DNA of 20,321 nt from Promethearchaeota archaeon (GTDB taxonomy: Archaea; Asgardarchaeota; Lokiarchaeia; Sigyniarchaeales; SOKP01), in contig JBHLLU010000064.1 of NCBI GenBank assembly GCA_048938895.1, positions 1 through 20,321 of the forward strand, written 5' to 3'. The number at the start of each line of letters is the position of its first letter. Within the stretch, counting starts at the first letter, position 1. The notes under the pieces were generated by a model. It was not told the DNA's origin. It did not search any database and saw only the letters and a program-made list of their open reading frames with translations. Below are positions 17,072 through 20,321 of this stretch, one piece after another. The position numbers were made by a program, and so were the translations under genes.

Positions 17072-17307
17072 TAAAATTATATAACCTCCTTTGTTATGAA
17101 TACATATACATAAAAGAAATTTAAATATATAAATAGAATCGAGATATAAAAGAATAAATCTCAAAATAAAATTAATGACCTCATTTAACTGCATTATTAA
17201 AAATGCAAAATATTTAAAATTCTTTTCAGGACTTATTTTTAGTAAAATGCAAACACTTTAGAGTCGGGGTTAATATGAAATTATTAGCATAATTAGATAT
17301 TAAATGA

Positions 17308-18429
17308 ATGTATATGAATGAAGAACCTATTCCAAAACATAAGATTAGAGAAAAAACACCAGAAGAAGAGATGGATCTTCCACTCGATAAAAGACTATTA
17401 AAAAAAATTAAAAAAGAGAGAATAGCTTTAGATAAAGAAAAGAGTGAGTGGGAAAAAGTAGTTAACCAAATTGAAAATTATAATGATAATATCAAAAGTC
17501 TTGAAATAAAAAGGAAGAACCTAGAAACTGAGGTCAGAAACCTCACCGAAAAAAGGGATTTATTACGAAATGACTTAAAACAAGCGAGAAATGACATTGA
17601 AAAACAAAAAGACGATTTAGCTTTGAAAGAAAACCAGTTAAGAGAGAGATATAGGAGAAAAAATGAAGAACTAAGCGAAAAGAAAGCTCAACTTGACAAA
17701 TTTCAAGAGAAATTAGATAATTTACGGGAGGAAATAAGTAGAGACAAAAATGATTTAGAAAATGAAAAGCAAAATTCAGAGAACCGCTTAAAAGAGATCA
17801 AAACAAAACTTCCTGGGATGGAAAGAAGAGAGAGTGCTTTAGAAAGAACTATTAATGATTTAGAAGATAAGTTAATGGATTTAAGAGATGAAGCAAAAAA
17901 TCTAACTAAAGAACGCGATAGCCTAAAAAGGGAAATAATTGATGAAAGAAATAGGATAGCTGACGAAAAAAGAAGGTTAAAAGAAGAACGAGAAAAAACT
18001 CGATATAGGAAAAAAGATTTAGATTTAAAAGCACGTGAAATTGAAAAAAAAAAAGAAGATTTAAAAAAATATAGAGATAAAATAGATAAGGACTCAAATG
18101 ATCTAGAAAAAAGAACCCGACAACAAGACACAAGATTTAAAGAATTAGAAAGGAAAATTCCTCGAGCTGAAGACAGATACAACTCCTTAATGCATAAAAT
18201 CCCAAATTTAGAAGATAAACTCAAAAAGTTAAATGAGGATTATAAAAAAATCGCAAAGGAAAAGATTTCACTAGAGAATGAAAAAAATACCATCAGGAGA
18301 GAACGAGAAAAACTTGAGAAAGATAAACAACGATTCTTAAGAGAAAAACGAGATTTTGAAAAAGAAATAAGGAAAATTAAAACTATCCCTAAACATAAAA
18401 TCAGATCAAAAACTCCTTCAAACTACTAA
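17308..18429 (+). CDS. Long coiled-coil protein with internal ~116-120 aa repeat and matching terminal motifs
   Basis: K/E/R/L-rich heptad-like sequence with no ATPase head. IPKHKIREKTP at the N-terminus and IPKHKIRSKTP at the C-terminus. Confidence 0.8.
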   Translation: MYMNEEPIPKHKIREKTPEEEMDLPLDKRLLKKIKKERIALDKEKSEWEKVVNQIENYNDNIKSLEIKRKNLETEVRNLTEKRDLLRNDLKQARNDIEKQKDDLALKENQLRERYRRKNEELSEKKAQLDKFQEKLDNLREEISRDKNDLENEKQNSENRLKEIKTKLPGMERRESALERTINDLEDKLMDLRDEAKNLTKERDSLKREIIDERNRIADEKRRLKEEREKTRYRKKDLDLKAREIEKKKEDLKKYRDKIDKDSNDLEKRTRQQDTRFKELERKIPRAEDRYNSLMHKIPNLEDKLKKLNEDYKKIAKEKISLENEKNTIRREREKLEKDKQRFLREKRDFEKEIRKIKTIPKHKIRSKTPSNY

Positions 18430-18445
18430 AAATAACATTTTTTTT

Positions 18446-19495
18446 GTGAGATTCGTGAAAATAATTGAAGGTATAGAAGGAGACTATATAGAGACCAATG
18501 AATCTAATTTATTTTTTGATGTAAAAGGGTTATTTCATCCAAATGATAGAAAGATCTGTTTCCTAAGATTTTATCCTCATCCAGAAGGGGATAGAATAAA
18601 ACAAGGAATCAAGTATAAAAAAGTATACAATTTAGATGAACGCTATTCCCTAATCAAAACTATGTATCCTCAATACCTTTTTAACTCTAAAGAACTTGGT
18701 ATAGAAGTACAAGCTGTTAAAAATCGAGATATTAAAAAAATTTATACTCCGAGAGAATATTTTCAGAATTTGAAAGAAATCGACAATCTTTCTACTCTTG
18801 AGAGTTATTCCAAAGATTTATGTGAATTATTTATTGAAAAAGGAGGAATCTCTCCGGATTTAATAGGAATCACAGGATCCACAATGGTTGGTTTAAATGA
18901 AGAAGACTCAGATATTGATATAATTATCTATGGCACAGAAAATAGTTATAATTTTCAAGAAAAACTCTTTAATATATTGAAAGAGAGTAGTTTGCTCAGA
19001 AAGTATAATTTGGAAGAATATAATACTCACTATGATTGGAGGGTTGGGGGTTCTGATATTTCTTTTGAAAGTTTTATGAGGAGTGAGCGAAGGAAGCTTC
19101 ATCAAGGAAAATTTTCCGTTTATGATTATTTTATTCGTTATATAAAAAGCCCTAAGGACTGGAAAGGTAATTATTATGATTATGAGTACTCGAATATGGG
19201 AAGAATTAAAGTGAAAGCACTAATAACTGAATCAAAAGATTCCATATTTACTCCTTGTACTTACAAAATTGGTAATGTTAAGCCCCTTGAGAAAAAATTA
19301 ACTGATAATAAAATTGATATAAAAGATATAACAGAAATAAATTCTTTTCGAGCACGTTTCTGTGAACAAGCTAAAGAAGGAGAATATGTGTTAGTAGAAG
19401 GAAAATTAGAACGAGTTAATTATAAAGATACAATTGAATTTTATCGAATTTTATTAACTGACCAAACTAAGGATAAAATGCTTGTTATAAATTAA
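18446..19495 (+). CDS. Archaeal nucleotidyltransferase-domain protein (pol-beta superfamily, COG1665-like)
   Basis: EGDYIET..FFDVKG..HP, FLRFYP, IGITGS..VG..SDIDIIIYG (GS + DxD), and C-terminal OB-like SFRARFCEQAKEGEYVLVEGKLE. Confidence 0.75.
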   Translation: MRFVKIIEGIEGDYIETNESNLFFDVKGLFHPNDRKICFLRFYPHPEGDRIKQGIKYKKVYNLDERYSLIKTMYPQYLFNSKELGIEVQAVKNRDIKKIYTPREYFQNLKEIDNLSTLESYSKDLCELFIEKGGISPDLIGITGSTMVGLNEEDSDIDIIIYGTENSYNFQEKLFNILKESSLLRKYNLEEYNTHYDWRVGGSDISFESFMRSERRKLHQGKFSVYDYFIRYIKSPKDWKGNYYDYEYSNMGRIKVKALITESKDSIFTPCTYKIGNVKPLEKKLTDNKIDIKDITEINSFRARFCEQAKEGEYVLVEGKLERVNYKDTIEFYRILLTDQTKDKMLVIN

Positions 19496-19554
19496 AGTTA
19501 AATAATTAACGTATTATTAAAATCTTTTTATTAGAAAAAAATTTTCAATATCTG

Positions 19555-20321
19555 ATGGATGTATTCAATGCTGATTTACATATTCACTCTCCCCACTCGA
19601 TTGCAGTATCCAAATCACTAAATCTCGACACGATGTTAGAAACTTGTAAAAAAAAAGGATTAAATATTCTTGGTACGGGTGATATTTTACAACCAGAATG
19701 GCTTAAATATATGCAAAGCAATTTAAAAAAAGAATCAGATGGCTCCTTTTCTTATAAAGATGTATTTTTTATACTTCAAACTGAAATTGAAGACATGGAA
19801 AGTATTCATCATGTAATCTTACTTCCGAATTTCACAGTAGTAGAGGAAGTGCAAAAAAAATTAGAACCTCATTCAAAAAATCTTTTGGATGAATGGGGTG
19901 GAAGACCTCGAGTAAATTTATCACCTCCCGCATTGGTTGATCTTATTACAGATTCTGGGGGTATAATTGGTCCTGCTCATGCATTTACACCATTCAAAGC
20001 AATCTTTCGACAAGATAAATTTGAGACTCTGGAGGATTGTTATCAAGATGCAATAGATAAAGTACATTTTTTAGAACTGGGATTATCTGCAAATACAGAT
20101 TTGGCAGATAAATTAGATACTCTCAAAAATATTACATTCCTCAGTAATAGTGATGCCCATTCACAAGATCCTCGTTCTTTAGGACGAGAATTTAATAGGT
20201 TAGAAATTGATAATCCCTCTTTTGAAGAATTAGAATTGGCTTTGAGAAGAAAGAGTAATCGTAAAATAACTTTAAACGTCGGATTACACCCGAAACTTGG
20301 AAAATATTATAATATGTTTTG
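19555..20321 (+). CDS. PHP-domain endonuclease Q-like protein (TIGR00375-type), truncated by the window end
   Basis: Not in the ORF track. ATG at 19555 reads MDVFNADLHIHSPHS..KKKGLNILGTGD..QTEIED..IHH..GRP..IGPAHAFTPF..LELGLSA..FLSNSDAHS..LGREFN..LGKYY; open to the end of the window. Confidence 0.85.
   Translation, partial: MDVFNADLHIHSPHSIAVSKSLNLDTMLETCKKKGLNILGTGDILQPEWLKYMQSNLKKESDGSFSYKDVFFILQTEIEDMESIHHVILLPNFTVVEEVQKKLEPHSKNLLDEWGGRPRVNLSPPALVDLITDSGGIIGPAHAFTPFKAIFRQDKFETLEDCYQDAIDKVHFLELGLSANTDLADKLDTLKNITFLSNSDAHSQDPRSLGREFNRLEIDNPSFEELELALRRKSNRKITLNVGLHPKLGKYYNMF

Noticed and set aside
17072-17194. 41-aa hydrophobic N-terminal extension of Ubl2, which would make it look membrane-anchored
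   Set aside because: AT-rich intergenic read-through. ATG 17071 has an upstream AGGAGG and matches the Ubl1 start (MGFD vs MSFD).
17308-18429. SMC/Rad50 or ESCRT-III assignment for the coiled-coil protein
   Set aside because: No Walker motifs, hinge or zinc hook, and no recognisable Snf7 pattern; only generic coiled coil.
3855-19105. Short or nested ORFs from the track (3855-4037, 4958-5152, 5422-5649, 7575-7802, 10271-10453, 13625-13930, 13687-13941, 14241-14429, 14717-14911, 15019-15291, 16833-17084, 17703-18224, 17906-18133, 18908-19105)
   Set aside because: They lie inside or antisense to well-supported genes, have no recognisable motifs, and their composition mirrors the real gene's codon bias.
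1-20321. CRISPR arrays, tRNA/rRNA, IS elements or integrases
   Set aside because: No regularly spaced repeats, GC-rich structured RNA segments, transposase/integrase ORFs or terminal inverted repeats were seen.

Overview
AT-rich, gene-dense archaeal chromosome segment. Gene content and GGTGA/GGAGG ribosome-binding motifs point to an Asgard archaeon, probably Lokiarchaeota-type; this is an inference. The left half (1-10472) is a pterin/flavin/F420 cofactor region: DUF1464 kinase-like gene, DHPS-like gene with an apparent ATT start, ABM-domain gene, an internally deleted phosphodiesterase remnant, an amino-acid dehydrogenase-CBS fusion, an amidohydrolase-arfC-cofG-cofH operon and a divergent mptA. 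The right half (10491-18429) holds a self-contained ubiquitin-like conjugation locus. It has two paralogous Ubls with acidic N-terminal tails and a single terminal Gly (..LIPASTAG), a Uba2/Uba3-like E1, an E2 with two insertions, a JAMM isopeptidase and a multi-pass membrane RING-variant E3. It also has a membrane-anchored Ubl ending in Gly, a wHTH regulator with a candidate operator, and a coiled-coil protein sharing an x-K-T-P motif with the Ubl tails. The window ends with a nucleotidyltransferase-domain gene and a truncated EndoQ/PHP gene. No CRISPR, rRNA, tRNA or mobile element was seen. All family assignments come from motif recognition, not database searches.
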